Source of the DNA: Candidatus Zhuqueibacterota bacterium
GTDB taxonomy: Bacteria > Zhuqueibacterota > Zhuqueibacteria > Thermofontimicrobiales > Thermofontimicrobiaceae
Length of the DNA stretch: 64,000 nt
Direction of reading: 5' to 3'
Assembly (NCBI GenBank): GCA_049322915.1
Contig: JBMOPW010000035.1
Coordinates: 160,001-224,000, forward strand
This document shows, one piece after another, positions 18,552 through 28,505 of the stretch. Both the position numbers and the translations under genes were made by a program. The number at the start of each line of letters is the position of its first letter. Position 1 is the stretch's first letter. The notes beneath the pieces are model-generated. The model was not told where the DNA came from, searched no databases, and saw only the letters and a list, made by a program, of their open reading frames with translations.

Positions 18552-21500
18552 ATGAGGCGTGGTTTGTTGATTCTGTTCATTATTGTTTCTACTCTCTCCT
18601 GTTTCTCCCTGCTTTTTGCCAATGAAAAACTGATCGGCGCCCGATTTCCGGCAATCTCCCCGGAGGGCGACGTCATCGCCTTTTCCTACATGGGCGATTT
18701 ATGGACGGTCCCGGTCACCGGCGGCAAAGCCACCCAAATCACCAACCATTCAGCCTACGAACGGGAACCCATCTGGTCCCCGGATGGAAAATGGATCGCG
18801 TTCACCTCGGATCGAATGGGGAATAATGATGTTTATCTGATGAGCGCGGCTGGCGGCACAGCCAGGCAACTGACATTTCACAGCGGGAACGATGTGGCCA
18901 CGGACTTCTCCCCGGACGGGAAATGGGTCATTTTCTCCTCGGATCGCACCTCGATGATCAGCATTTTCAAAATAAGCCTTGCCGGCGGGAATGCCCTCCC
19001 CATGCTGGACACCTATTGGAGCTGGCCCCACAAGGCGAAAATGCATCCGAATGGAAAGACAATTCTTTTCTCACTGGGCATGGAAAATGGTTCCTGGTGG
19101 CGACGCGGATATCGCGGCAGCAACAGCGCCAAAATCTGGAAGTTCATCCCGGGCACTCGTGACGCGCAATTGGTTGTGTCCGAAAAAAGTAATTGCTTCT
19201 GGCCAAATTGGGGGCCGGACGGCAAGACCATCTATTTCGTCACTGATAAAAATCATAACACTAAAAATATCTGGACTGCTTCCGAGGCCGGCGCCGGGAT
19301 GAAACCGGTGACTGAATTCAAGGGCAACGATGTGAAATGGCTATCCGTGGCCAAAAAAGCCCCGGTCGCGGTCTATGAGCGGGACTTCAGCATCTGGCAC
19401 ACTGACCTGGTCACGGGCAAATCCCGCGTCATTCCCATAGACGCTCCGGCAGAGACCAAAGACAATGCCAGCTTCTTCGCTGAAAATGATGCGGTATCCG
19501 AATTCCAGCTTTCACCGGACGGGAAAAAAATTGCGGCCGTGGTTCGCGGCGATATTTTCGTGCTCGGCCATGAAGGCGGCTATGCCCGCAACGTGACCGA
19601 ATCGCCCTGGCGGGAAAAAGATGTCATCTGGGACAAGGACAGCAAAAACCTCATTTATGTCTGCGATGCGAATGCCAATCCGGACTTGTACTCTATCTCC
19701 GCGCTGGGCGGGCGCAAGCCAACTCAGTTGACCCACAGCGACCTGGATGAACTCGCACCCAAACTTTCACCAGATGGCAATTGGATTGCCTATTATTGCG
19801 GCAAACGCCAAATTCGCCTCATTCAGCCGGATGGGAAAAAAGATCAACTGGTCCTCGAAGGTGATTTCGGCGGTCGCTTTGCTTCGGATTTCTCATGGTC
19901 GCCGGACAGCCGCTTTCTGGCCATCGTTGACCAGAGCCAGGCCAATGACGATATTCTGGCTGTCAATATCGAGACCAAAGAAAAACATCCGCTCACGAAT
20001 ACCGCTTACGACGAATCGTCTCCGGCCTGGTCGCCGAATGGCAAATTTCTGTTATTCACTTCCAATCGCTACGGCCACAGTTTTCCGGAATTCACCGGCA
20101 AATCGGACGTGTACCAGGTTTATTTCGAGCCGCAAAAACCGGAATTCGATGAAGACACGTTCGAGAAGCTCTTCGTGAAGAAAGCGGAAGAGAAAAAGGA
20201 TGAAGCCGATAAAAAAGATGCAAAGAAGCCGGATGAAAAGAAGGAAGCGCTGAAGATCGTTTTCAAACTGGAAGACCTGGACATTCAGACAGAGAATGTC
20301 ACGAACACGCTGGGCAACGATCACACCTTCATCCTTTCGCCCAAGGATACCAGCACTGTCTACTTCGTCTCCAATATCGACGGCAAAAACCATCTCTGGC
20401 AGACCAGTTTGAAGAAGAAGGAACGCGGAAAATTCGAACCGTTCATGGCCGGTGTGACCAATCCCGGTAATTTGCAATTCGACAAAAAAGGCGCACGGCT
20501 CTACTACCAAAGTCAGGGAAAAATCGGCTACATTGAGGGGACCCAAAATTCCAGCGTCTCGTTCACGACCAAAATCAAAGTCGACAAAACCGCGGACTAC
20601 GAGCAAATGCTGGCCGAGTTGTATTACACCCTGCAACATTATTATTACGATACCAATCACCACAACGTGAACTGGACGGAATTGTACGAACAGTTCCGGC
20701 CTGTGCTGCAACAGGTTCGCGAGGATGCAGATTTTTATGACTACGCCAATGAGATGATCGGATTTTTGAATTCCTCTCACACCGGCATCCGCGGGCCGGG
20801 TCGGGGCAAAATCGAGGAACCCAGCGCGCACATCGGTGCGGATTGGGATTTCGCTGAGGACAAAATCACTTTTCAACGCATTCTGAAAAACGGCCCGATC
20901 TACAGCCATCGGGATAGCGTGGCAGTCGGCGACGAACTGACTGCCATCAATGGCGAGCCCGTCTCGCCCGATAAAAATATCTGGCAGCGCTTGAACGGAA
21001 ACAACGGCAAGCGCGTCAGGCTCACAGTGAATAGCCGGAAATTAGACAAAGCCATCGAGATTGCCATTGAACCGATTTCTGCCTGGGAAGAGCGGGACCT
21101 TCGCCAGGAGGAGTGGGTGAAAAGCCGGCAGGCGATTGTCAAACAGAAGACCAGCGATGAAGTCGCCTACATCCACATGAGCGCCATGGGCTACGGCGAT
21201 CTAGAGCGGTTTTTGATGGAGTTGGAGCGAGATGCGGTTCCGCGAAAAGGCCTCATTTTGGATCTGCGCTACAATTTTGGCGGCAATGTCCACGACCGCG
21301 TCTTGCAGGCGCTCACCAAACCGGTGTACGCCAAATGGCGGATTCGCGGTCTGTCGGAAACGCCCCAATCCACGTTTGGATTCGAACATCGGCCGGCCGT
21401 GCTACTCACCAATGAAGTGACGTTGAGCGATGGCGAAATGACCGCCAACGGTTTCAAAACATTGCAGCGAGGCCCCATCGTTGGCAACACAACATACGGC

Positions 21501-21713
21501 TGGTTGATTTTCACGACCAGCGCGGGATTGATGAATGGCGGTTATTTCCGATTGCCCTTCTGGGGATGCTACACCCTGGATGGCGTTGATCTGGAGACTG
21601 GCGGCGGCGTCACGCCGGATATTCTGGTCATCAACGATCTGAAGGATGATCTCAACGACCGGGACCCGCAATTGGACCGGGCCATCGGGAAAATGATGGA
21701 ACTGGTGAAATAG
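18552..21713 (+). CDS. Tricorn-like S41 protease (PD40 beta-propellers, PDZ, S41 catalytic domain), exported
   Basis: Repeated WSPDGK/FSPDG units; NSSHTG; LILDLRYNFGG; TLSDGE; GVTPDI. Confidence 0.92.
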   Translation: MRRGLLILFIIVSTLSCFSLLFANEKLIGARFPAISPEGDVIAFSYMGDLWTVPVTGGKATQITNHSAYEREPIWSPDGKWIAFTSDRMGNNDVYLMSAAGGTARQLTFHSGNDVATDFSPDGKWVIFSSDRTSMISIFKISLAGGNALPMLDTYWSWPHKAKMHPNGKTILFSLGMENGSWWRRGYRGSNSAKIWKFIPGTRDAQLVVSEKSNCFWPNWGPDGKTIYFVTDKNHNTKNIWTASEAGAGMKPVTEFKGNDVKWLSVAKKAPVAVYERDFSIWHTDLVTGKSRVIPIDAPAETKDNASFFAENDAVSEFQLSPDGKKIAAVVRGDIFVLGHEGGYARNVTESPWREKDVIWDKDSKNLIYVCDANANPDLYSISALGGRKPTQLTHSDLDELAPKLSPDGNWIAYYCGKRQIRLIQPDGKKDQLVLEGDFGGRFASDFSWSPDSRFLAIVDQSQANDDILAVNIETKEKHPLTNTAYDESSPAWSPNGKFLLFTSNRYGHSFPEFTGKSDVYQVYFEPQKPEFDEDTFEKLFVKKAEEKKDEADKKDAKKPDEKKEALKIVFKLEDLDIQTENVTNTLGNDHTFILSPKDTSTVYFVSNIDGKNHLWQTSLKKKERGKFEPFMAGVTNPGNLQFDKKGARLYYQSQGKIGYIEGTQNSSVSFTTKIKVDKTADYEQMLAELYYTLQHYYYDTNHHNVNWTELYEQFRPVLQQVREDADFYDYANEMIGFLNSSHTGIRGPGRGKIEEPSAHIGADWDFAEDKITFQRILKNGPIYSHRDSVAVGDELTAINGEPVSPDKNIWQRLNGNNGKRVRLTVNSRKLDKAIEIAIEPISAWEERDLRQEEWVKSRQAIVKQKTSDEVAYIHMSAMGYGDLERFLMELERDAVPRKGLILDLRYNFGGNVHDRVLQALTKPVYAKWRIRGLSETPQSTFGFEHRPAVLLTNEVTLSDGEMTANGFKTLQRGPIVGNTTYGWLIFTTSAGLMNGGYFRLPFWGCYTLDGVDLETGGGVTPDILVINDLKDDLNDRDPQLDRAIGKMMELVK

Positions 21714-21815
21714 CTGATATTCGCTTCGATTGCCGGCGCGGACAGTCCGGTTGACCGTCGCGCCTGTTCTCTTTTTCATGCCGAAGCGACCACATTTCGA
21801 ACTGAGGAGGGAAAT

Positions 21816-22703
21816 TTGTCCGTAGAAAAACAGCCCATATCACCTGAGCTGGTCAATCAATTGATCATCTATCAAAAGGCAGAAATTACAGCGCATCATA
21901 TTTACGCCAGGCTCGCTAACCGAACCCGGGACACTCAGAATCGCAAGCTGCTGAAATCCATTGCCAGCGATGAGTTGAAACATTACCGCATTCTGAAAAA
22001 TCACACAGGGAAAGACGTCGGGCCGGACCGGGCGAAAATCTTCCTGTTCGTCTGGCTCTCGCGTTTGCTTGGACTTACCTTTGGGCTGAAGCTGCTGGAA
22101 AAAGCCGAGGAGCAGGATCAGATGAATTACCTGGGAGTCGAGCACCTGTTCCATGAAATGAAGCAGGTGCTCTTGGACGAGGAATCCCACGAACTGGAAT
22201 TGCTCAATCTGATCAACGAGGAAAGCCTGTCCTATGTCGGGTCCATCGTGCTGGGCCTCAACGACGCGCTGGTGGAACTGACCGGCACCCTGGCCGGACT
22301 GACCTTTGCCTTTCAAAACACCCGGCTCATCGCGCTTTCGGGCCTCATCACCGGCATTGCCGCCTCGCTATCCATGGCTGTTTCCGATTATCTCTCCAAG
22401 CGGGCCGAGGGCGGCGAGAAGAACGCGCTGAAGTCAGCCATCTACACCGGAATCGCCTACATCATCACCGTGGCGCTGCTGATTTCGCCGTACCTGTTCA
22501 CTCAGAATTATTTTATCTGCCTGATCATTGTGCTGAGTATCGCCGTGCTCATCATCCTGGCGTTCAACTTTTATCTCTCTGTGGCAAAAGACTATCCCTT
22601 CGCCAGACGCTTCTGGGAGATGGTCGCACTGAGTCTGGGCGTTGCTGCGATTTCGTTCGGGATTGGCTACCTGCTGCGCGTCACCGTGGGAATTGATATC
22701 TGA
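21816..22703 (+). CDS. Ferritin-like (erythrin) domain fused to VIT1/CCC1 iron/manganese transporter domain
   Basis: ExxH motifs (DELKH, DEESHE); GSIVLGLNDALVELTG, SLSMAVSDYLS; five TM segments; TTG start after GAGGAGG. Confidence 0.88.
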   Translation: MSVEKQPISPELVNQLIIYQKAEITAHHIYARLANRTRDTQNRKLLKSIASDELKHYRILKNHTGKDVGPDRAKIFLFVWLSRLLGLTFGLKLLEKAEEQDQMNYLGVEHLFHEMKQVLLDEESHELELLNLINEESLSYVGSIVLGLNDALVELTGTLAGLTFAFQNTRLIALSGLITGIAASLSMAVSDYLSKRAEGGEKNALKSAIYTGIAYIITVALLISPYLFTQNYFICLIIVLSIAVLIILAFNFYLSVAKDYPFARRFWEMVALSLGVAAISFGIGYLLRVTVGIDI

Positions 22704-22727
22704 GACGCGTGCGCGTAGCTGTGCAAT

Positions 22728-23034
22728 GGTTCCGGGTTCAGCGTTCCCGGTTGGGGTTTTGGATCTGGTTGCGCGAAACATTTTTTATACTCAAATAGTC
22801 CATCATCAACTGTACGTTATCGTTAACCTTGAACCCTGAACGATGAACCTGTGAACGGTTGCGTGTACGCCGACCTTTCCAATTTAGTAACAATTGAAAA
22901 ATGAAGTGAGTATTCAGCCACAAAGCTTTAACTGCTCAGGTTCTGGGTTTAAAGGTTCCTGGTTCAGGGTTAAAAAGAATATTCAAAATATAAATAACGA
23001 GAGGATTCTAACCTTGAACTTGGAACTCTGAACC
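22728..23034. repeat. Two inverted pairs of degenerate 7-bp tandem arrays (GGTTCnn ... nnGAACC)
   Basis: GGTTCCG-GGTTCAG-CGTTCCC (22728-48) vs TTGAACC-CTGAACG-ATGAACC (22829-49); GGTTCTG..GGTTCCT-GGTTCAG (22939-67) vs TTGAACT-TGGAACT-CTGAACC (23014-34). Confidence 0.75.
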
Positions 23035-23190
23035 AGCTAACCGGAGTCGTTACACATTGGTTGAAAAAAATTTATTGAATATCGCATTATAAGATTGAGT
23101 GAGAACATGGACGTCTTCAGTAACTTCGTAACCTGGTACCCTTGCGGCAATAATACATACCTCAACAGTAAAAAGTAAGTGAGGAGTCGA

Positions 23191-24174
23191 ATGAAACCTG
23201 TCAAACTGGGAATCATTGGCTGCGGCATTGCGGCCAGGGAGTTGCATTGGCCGGCGCTGCAAAAGCTGAAGGACACGTTTGAAATCACCGCAGTCTGTAA
23301 TCACACCGAGGCCAAGGCGAAAAGCTTTTCCGAACTGGTTGGCGGAGCGCCTTACGTACTGGATTATCGCGCCATGCTGCAAAACCCCGACGTGGAAGCC
23401 GTCGATATCATCCTGCCCATTCATCTGAATTTTGAGGTGACGCGCGCAGCGCTGGACGCCGGCAAACATGTGCTCGTTGAGAAACCACTGGCCGCGCAAC
23501 TGGCTCAGGCTAAAAAAATGGTCGCCGATGAAAAAAATTACCCTCAGGTTAAAATGGTGGCGGAGAATTTCCGCTATCGATCCACATTCTTCAGGGTGAA
23601 AGAAATGCTGGCCAGCGGCGCCATTGGCAACCCATATTTCGTCTTCTGGAATGTCTGCTTCAAAGTCGACGAGCGGAACAAATACACCCACACTGCCTGG
23701 CGCATTCACCATCAGTATCCCGGCGGCTTTCTCACCGACGGCGGCGTGCACAACATCGCAGCCCTGCGATTCTGGTTCGGCGACATTATCTCCGGCCACG
23801 CCGTGACCAGAAGCGTCAACCGCGCCATCGGCGAGTTGGACACGATGAGCCTGCAATTCCGAACCCAATCGAATATGACCGGCGTGCTCAACCTTTTCTT
23901 CAGCGCGAACGGGCATTTTGAAAATCGGATCATCATTCTGGGCGCTTCCGGCAGCCTCATCATTGAGTCCAATACAATCAGGCTCAAACGCACCGGCGCC
24001 AACGATCTGGTTGAGACCATCGCCGATGACGGAGGCTACATGGCCGAATTCGAGGATTTCTATGCAGCCATCAGGACCGGCCGCCTGCCGCTCAGCACAT
24101 TTTCCGAAGCGTATCGCGATCTGGAAATTATATTGACAGCGCTGGAATCATCGGCGCAGGACAGGAAATTTTAA
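23191..24174 (+). CDS. Gfo/Idh/MocA family oxidoreductase
   Basis: GIIGCGIAA, AGKHVLVEKP, GGFLTDGGVH; GAGGAG RBS. Confidence 0.92.
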   Translation: MKPVKLGIIGCGIAARELHWPALQKLKDTFEITAVCNHTEAKAKSFSELVGGAPYVLDYRAMLQNPDVEAVDIILPIHLNFEVTRAALDAGKHVLVEKPLAAQLAQAKKMVADEKNYPQVKMVAENFRYRSTFFRVKEMLASGAIGNPYFVFWNVCFKVDERNKYTHTAWRIHHQYPGGFLTDGGVHNIAALRFWFGDIISGHAVTRSVNRAIGELDTMSLQFRTQSNMTGVLNLFFSANGHFENRIIILGASGSLIIESNTIRLKRTGANDLVETIADDGGYMAEFEDFYAAIRTGRLPLSTFSEAYRDLEIILTALESSAQDRKF

Positions 24175-24231
24175 TTCTAACGAATGTGCCCCGCCGGGCT
24201 CGGGACCCTCACTTTTCAGGAAAGGACAATT

Positions 24232-24507
24232 ATGGAAAAAATAAAAATCGAACATCATCCTGATGCAAAACAACTTGAAGAAATGGGAGTGTTTCAATGG
24301 CCGATCTGGGAGAAAGAAGCGTCGGAATTTCCCTGGTTTTATGACGAACCGGAAGTGTGCTATTTTTTAGACGGGGATGTCACGGTGACGCCGGTCGACG
24401 GCGCACCGGTAACATTTGGAAAAGGCGATCTTGTCAGATTCCCGCGGGGACTTTCCTGCACCTGGAAAATCAGGAAAGACGTGAGGAAGCATTATCAATT
24501 TGGTTAG
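24232..24507 (+). CDS. Cupin_3 (DUF861) domain protein
   Basis: WPIWEKEASEFPWFY..EVCYFLDGDV...GKGDLVRFPRGLSCTW..VRKHY. Confidence 0.88.
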   Translation: MEKIKIEHHPDAKQLEEMGVFQWPIWEKEASEFPWFYDEPEVCYFLDGDVTVTPVDGAPVTFGKGDLVRFPRGLSCTWKIRKDVRKHYQFG

Positions 24508-24678
24508 CAGCGCTTGTTCAAAACGCGCTGCTGATTCGTCGCGCTTTTCAAGCAGCGTTGCGAGCCAAACCGACTTTGGAGCAACGACACATCGCCATTG
24601 TTCCTTGAACGCGGACTCTCTTCGAAAACACACATACATCCGCTCCGATCATGCTATTTCATCGCGAAAGGAAATTTC

Positions 24679-25311
24679 ATGTCTCAGAAACTCTGCCCCA
24701 AAATTATCATTGAAGGCACCCGACTCACATTCAAAACAGAGATAGCGTTTGCCCTGAACGAGCATCCCCGAATCGTCGGGCCGCGCAAATATCGCTACCA
24801 CTCCCCCCTTGTTTCGGCGGAGTGGTGCGCATTCACCAATTTTCCCTGGGGCCGCGGACTCATTAACTTTGAACCGCACGAAGAAGCGAAGGCCATGGAA
24901 ACCTATGCCACCTGGATTCGCCTGTTCGAACTGCTGAAATACTACTCGTGGATCGTGGATCGCTTCCATATTTCCACGCGTATGTACCAACTGCAGGCCC
25001 ACGGTAAAAACTATGACTTCACCTGGCTGGAGCAGCGACTCCACGCTCTGGGCTTTGTCCTCATCTTTTGCACCCGCACCCCGGAATCATTTCATCAGGC
25101 CCGCGCCGAACGACTCAAAGTCTCTGGCAAGCCGTCCCAATACGACGATCTGAACATCTTCATCGAAGAGCAGAAATTACTGCGCCAGTTGGTGAGCCAG
25201 ACCATCCTGCCGTGCTTCGAACTGGATATTTCGGACAATAGCGTGCCCGACGCCGTTGACCGCATTGCCGAATGGATGGAACAAACCGGCGCTCTTTACG
25301 CGCGGGACTGA
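24679..25311 (+). CDS. Hypothetical protein with nucleoside/nucleotide-monophosphate-kinase-like features and a degenerate P-loop
   Basis: IIIEGTRLTFKT (Walker-A position), WIVDRFHIS (dTMP-kinase-like DR motif), R-rich lid ARAERL; AAGGA RBS before ATG 24679. Confidence 0.6.
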   Translation: MSQKLCPKIIIEGTRLTFKTEIAFALNEHPRIVGPRKYRYHSPLVSAEWCAFTNFPWGRGLINFEPHEEAKAMETYATWIRLFELLKYYSWIVDRFHISTRMYQLQAHGKNYDFTWLEQRLHALGFVLIFCTRTPESFHQARAERLKVSGKPSQYDDLNIFIEEQKLLRQLVSQTILPCFELDISDNSVPDAVDRIAEWMEQTGALYARD

Positions 25312-25337
25312 AATGTCAGGGTTTGTTAAATTTATCC

Positions 25338-25366
25338 TTGCATAAACCAGTTTTTTTTCCGATATT
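25338..25366 (+). promoter_or_regulatory. Possible sigma70-type promoter upstream of the structured region/GH3
   Basis: TTGCAT-N17-GATATT. Confidence 0.45.
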
Positions 25367-25411
25367 AAGCCTCAAATCTCAGTCCGCTCGTTTGAAAAGA
25401 GAACAGTTGAA

Positions 25412-25645
25412 TAGCCATGGATTCCGAACTCGGGACGAACTGGCTACACGCTGGCCAACATAATGCTCAGTCCAAAAGCGCTAGCCGGCACTGGTATTCA
25501 TTCGATTCGCGCAACAGAGAGCATTCGCGGTCTGTGCCTGCCCTGCCATTTTTCAGTAACATCGTGCATCTGTTGAAATGAAATGCCGGGACAGCGCCAA
25601 ATTTGGCGTGAGCACGTCAGACAGAAACGCCACGGATTGGTCAGC
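25412..25645. ncRNA. Candidate structured RNA (rod of six nested helices plus 5' hairpin); family unassigned, 6S-like geometry possible
   Basis: Nested pairs: GCTGGCCAA/TTGGTCAGC, TGCTCA/TGAGCA, GCGCT/AGCGC, CCGGCA/TGCCGG, TTCATT/AATGAA, CAACAGA/TCTGTTG; separate TAGCCA/TGGCTA stem; lies in a ~450-bp intergenic gap. Confidence 0.5.
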
Positions 25646-25757
25646 CCGACTGGCTCACGGATCCGACTTTCCAAAAGCGTTGCTGAACGGTTCCCAGACC
25701 AGTCACAAAATCAATACCCTTTGTTGATAGTGACATTCACAAAACAAGGAGGGAGCG

Positions 25758-28385
25758 ATGGTAAAAATTTTAAAACTGTTTCTGATAATTTTTTTATTAG
25801 GGAGGGTGAACTGCATGAATCAAGGCCCGGATTATAAAAACACCTCGTTATCGCTGGAGAGGCGCGTCGATGATCTCATCAGCCGGATGACATTGGAAGA
25901 AAAAGTATCGCAAATGAAATACAACGCGCCGGCCATCGACAGGCTGGAAATTCCAGAGTACAACTGGTGGAGCGAATGTCTGCATGGCGTGGCTCGCGCC
26001 GGTATTGCCACTGTTTTTCCCCAGTCCATCGGGTTGGCAGCGACGTGGAATACCGATCTGATGCTGCAGGTAGCGACTGTCACTTCCACGGAGGCGCGCG
26101 CCAAATACCACGAATTCGTCCGTAACAATGAACGCGGCATTTACCAGGGACTCACGTTCTGGTCGCCCAACGTCAACATTTTTCGCGATCCCCGCTGGGG
26201 TCGTGGACAGGAGACGTACGGCGAGGATCCCTTCCTCACAGCGCGGATGGGAGTCGCGTTCGTAAAAGGCTTGCAGGGCGATGATCCCAGATACCTCAAA
26301 TTGGTGGCGACTCCGAAGCATTACGCCGTGCACAGCGGGCCGGAGCCGGATCGCCATACCTTCAATGCCGTCACCAGCGAGCAGGATCTGCACGAAACCT
26401 ATCTGCCGGCCTTCAAAGCCACTGTCGTTGAAGCGAAGGCGTTCTCCGTGATGGGTGCCTACAACCGCTACATGGGCGAATCCTGCTGCGCCAGCGATAA
26501 ATTGCTCCAGAAAATTTTGCGGGATGAATGGGGATTCGATGGCTACGTTGTTTCGGACTGCGGCGCTATTTATGATATTTACGCCCGTCACAACATCGTG
26601 AAAACTCCGCAGGAGGCGGTTGCGCTGGCAGTGAAACGCGGCTGCGAACTCAATTGCGGGAACGAATACCCCCATCTGGTTGAAGCAGTGCAACAAGGCT
26701 TGATCAGTGAGAAAGACATCGACGTGGCTGTGAAGCGGTTATTCACTGCCCGCTTCCGTCTGGGCATGTTCGACCCGGACGACATGGTGCCCTATGCCCG
26801 CATTCCCTACGAAAAAAATGACTGCCCGGAGCACAGCCAGTTGGCGCTCAAAGCAGCGCAGGAATCCATTGTTCTGTTGAAGAACGATGACAATATTCTG
26901 CCGTTGAGAAAGGACATCAAATCCATTGCGGTCATTGGGCCCAACGCCAAAGAGGTGGAGGTGATGTCAGGCAATTATAATGGCACACCATCGCACCCGG
27001 TCACCGCGCTGGACGGCATCAAAGCGAAAGTATCGTCGGCGACAAAGGTCGGCTTTGCAAAGGGATGCGAACTGGTCTATCCGGCGACTGTGCCTTTGCG
27101 CACCATCCCGGCATCGGCGTTGAAACCACCAAAAGGATATGAATCGCAGAAAGGGTTGCGCGGCGAATATTTCAATAACAGGAATCTCGAGGGTCAACCG
27201 GATACAATTAAATACGATCAGGCACTCGACTATGTCTGGCGCGAAGATCCGCCAGCGCCAGGGATTAACAAAGACAATTATTCTGTCCGCTGGACAGGCG
27301 TTCTGATTCCGCCCGTTTCCGGGGAGTACACCATCGGCGTTACCGGCGATGATGGCATCCGGCTTTACATCGACGAGACGCTTCTGTTTGAAGACTGGAC
27401 AGATCACGCCCCGACCACCATCAAGAAAGACATCACGTTGAAAAAAGGTCAACGGTACTCGATAAAAATTGAATATTATGAAAATGCCGGCGGCGCCACC
27501 ATCAAGCTGGGCTGGATTAAGCCCAATGATTTGAAAGACTACTACAAAGCGCTTGACGACGATTTCCAGGCAGCAGTGAAATTAGCGGCACAATCGGACG
27601 TCGTGGTCTTTGTAGGCGGAATTTCCCCGCGGCTTGAAGGCGAAGAAATGAACGTGGATGCCAAAGGCTTCTCCGGCGGCGATCGAACCGATATCAACTT
27701 GCCCGACTTTCAGGAGCGACTATTGCAAGCGCTGCACCAGACCGGCCAACCGGTGGTTCTGGTTTTGATGAACGGCAGTGCGCTGGCAGTGAACTGGGCA
27801 GATAAAAATATTCCGGCCATCGTCGAAGCGTGGTATCCGGGACAGGCTGGTGGAACAGCCATCGCGGATGTGCTCTTTGGCGACTACAACCCGGCCGGCA
27901 GGCTGCCGGTGACCTTTTACAAATCCGTGGACCAGCTCCCGCCTTTCGATGATTATAACATGGCCAATCGAACTTATCGCTATTTCACCGGCTCGCCGCT
28001 GTATTCGTTCGGATTTGGCCTGAGTTACACGACATTCCACTACAGCGAATTGAAACTCTCGGCCGAAACAATCGAGCGCGATGAACAATTCACCATCTCT
28101 GTCGACGTGGAAAATAGCGGTGAAATCGCTGGCGATGAAGTCGTGCAGCTTTACGTGACCGATAAAGAATGCAGCATGCCCACGCCACTCAAATCGCTGA
28201 AGGGATTCCAGCGGTTGTATCTGAAGCCCGGCGAGAAGAAGAAAGTGACGTTCACACTTGACGCAGAACAGCTCGCCTGCTACGATGAGCGTCAGGGCTG
28301 GATGGTGGAACCGGGCGAATTCGAGATCATGGTGGGCGGCAATTCCAATACTGGCAAAAAAGCGATAATCACCATTGTCAAATAA
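25758..28385 (+). CDS. GH3 beta-xylosidase/beta-glucosidase with PA14 insertion and Fn3-like domain
   Basis: WWSECLHGVA, WSPNVNIFRDPRWGRGQETYGEDP, KHYA, VSDCGA, PA14 (YSVRWTG..GDDGIRL), LEGEE, WYPGQAGG, PAGRLPVTFY. Confidence 0.93.
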   Translation: MVKILKLFLIIFLLGRVNCMNQGPDYKNTSLSLERRVDDLISRMTLEEKVSQMKYNAPAIDRLEIPEYNWWSECLHGVARAGIATVFPQSIGLAATWNTDLMLQVATVTSTEARAKYHEFVRNNERGIYQGLTFWSPNVNIFRDPRWGRGQETYGEDPFLTARMGVAFVKGLQGDDPRYLKLVATPKHYAVHSGPEPDRHTFNAVTSEQDLHETYLPAFKATVVEAKAFSVMGAYNRYMGESCCASDKLLQKILRDEWGFDGYVVSDCGAIYDIYARHNIVKTPQEAVALAVKRGCELNCGNEYPHLVEAVQQGLISEKDIDVAVKRLFTARFRLGMFDPDDMVPYARIPYEKNDCPEHSQLALKAAQESIVLLKNDDNILPLRKDIKSIAVIGPNAKEVEVMSGNYNGTPSHPVTALDGIKAKVSSATKVGFAKGCELVYPATVPLRTIPASALKPPKGYESQKGLRGEYFNNRNLEGQPDTIKYDQALDYVWREDPPAPGINKDNYSVRWTGVLIPPVSGEYTIGVTGDDGIRLYIDETLLFEDWTDHAPTTIKKDITLKKGQRYSIKIEYYENAGGATIKLGWIKPNDLKDYYKALDDDFQAAVKLAAQSDVVVFVGGISPRLEGEEMNVDAKGFSGGDRTDINLPDFQERLLQALHQTGQPVVLVLMNGSALAVNWADKNIPAIVEAWYPGQAGGTAIADVLFGDYNPAGRLPVTFYKSVDQLPPFDDYNMANRTYRYFTGSPLYSFGFGLSYTTFHYSELKLSAETIERDEQFTISVDVENSGEIAGDEVVQLYVTDKECSMPTPLKSLKGFQRLYLKPGEKKKVTFTLDAEQLACYDERQGWMVEPGEFEIMVGGNSNTGKKAIITIVK

Positions 28386-28505
28386 TTGATGATTCGCACC
28401 TGGTGTGCGAACAAACTTACTGCGGTTCCATGGCTGGAATCGGTTCATCCCTTTTCAGCCGTGGACACGCGGTTGTCCGGCATTTGTCTCAGAAAAGGAC
28501 TTGAA

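Noticed and set aside
22728..23034. Possible CRISPR array
   Set aside because: Units are 7 bp and degenerate with no repeat-spacer periodicity; no cas genes in the window.
25640..25675. GGAAAGTC on the minus strand suggested RNase P RNA; SRP, tmRNA and common riboswitches also considered
   Set aside because: The GAGGAAAGUCC context and 3' AACAGAA..CGGCUUA are absent; no SRP helix-8 motif, tRNA-like ends or riboswitch consensus recognised.
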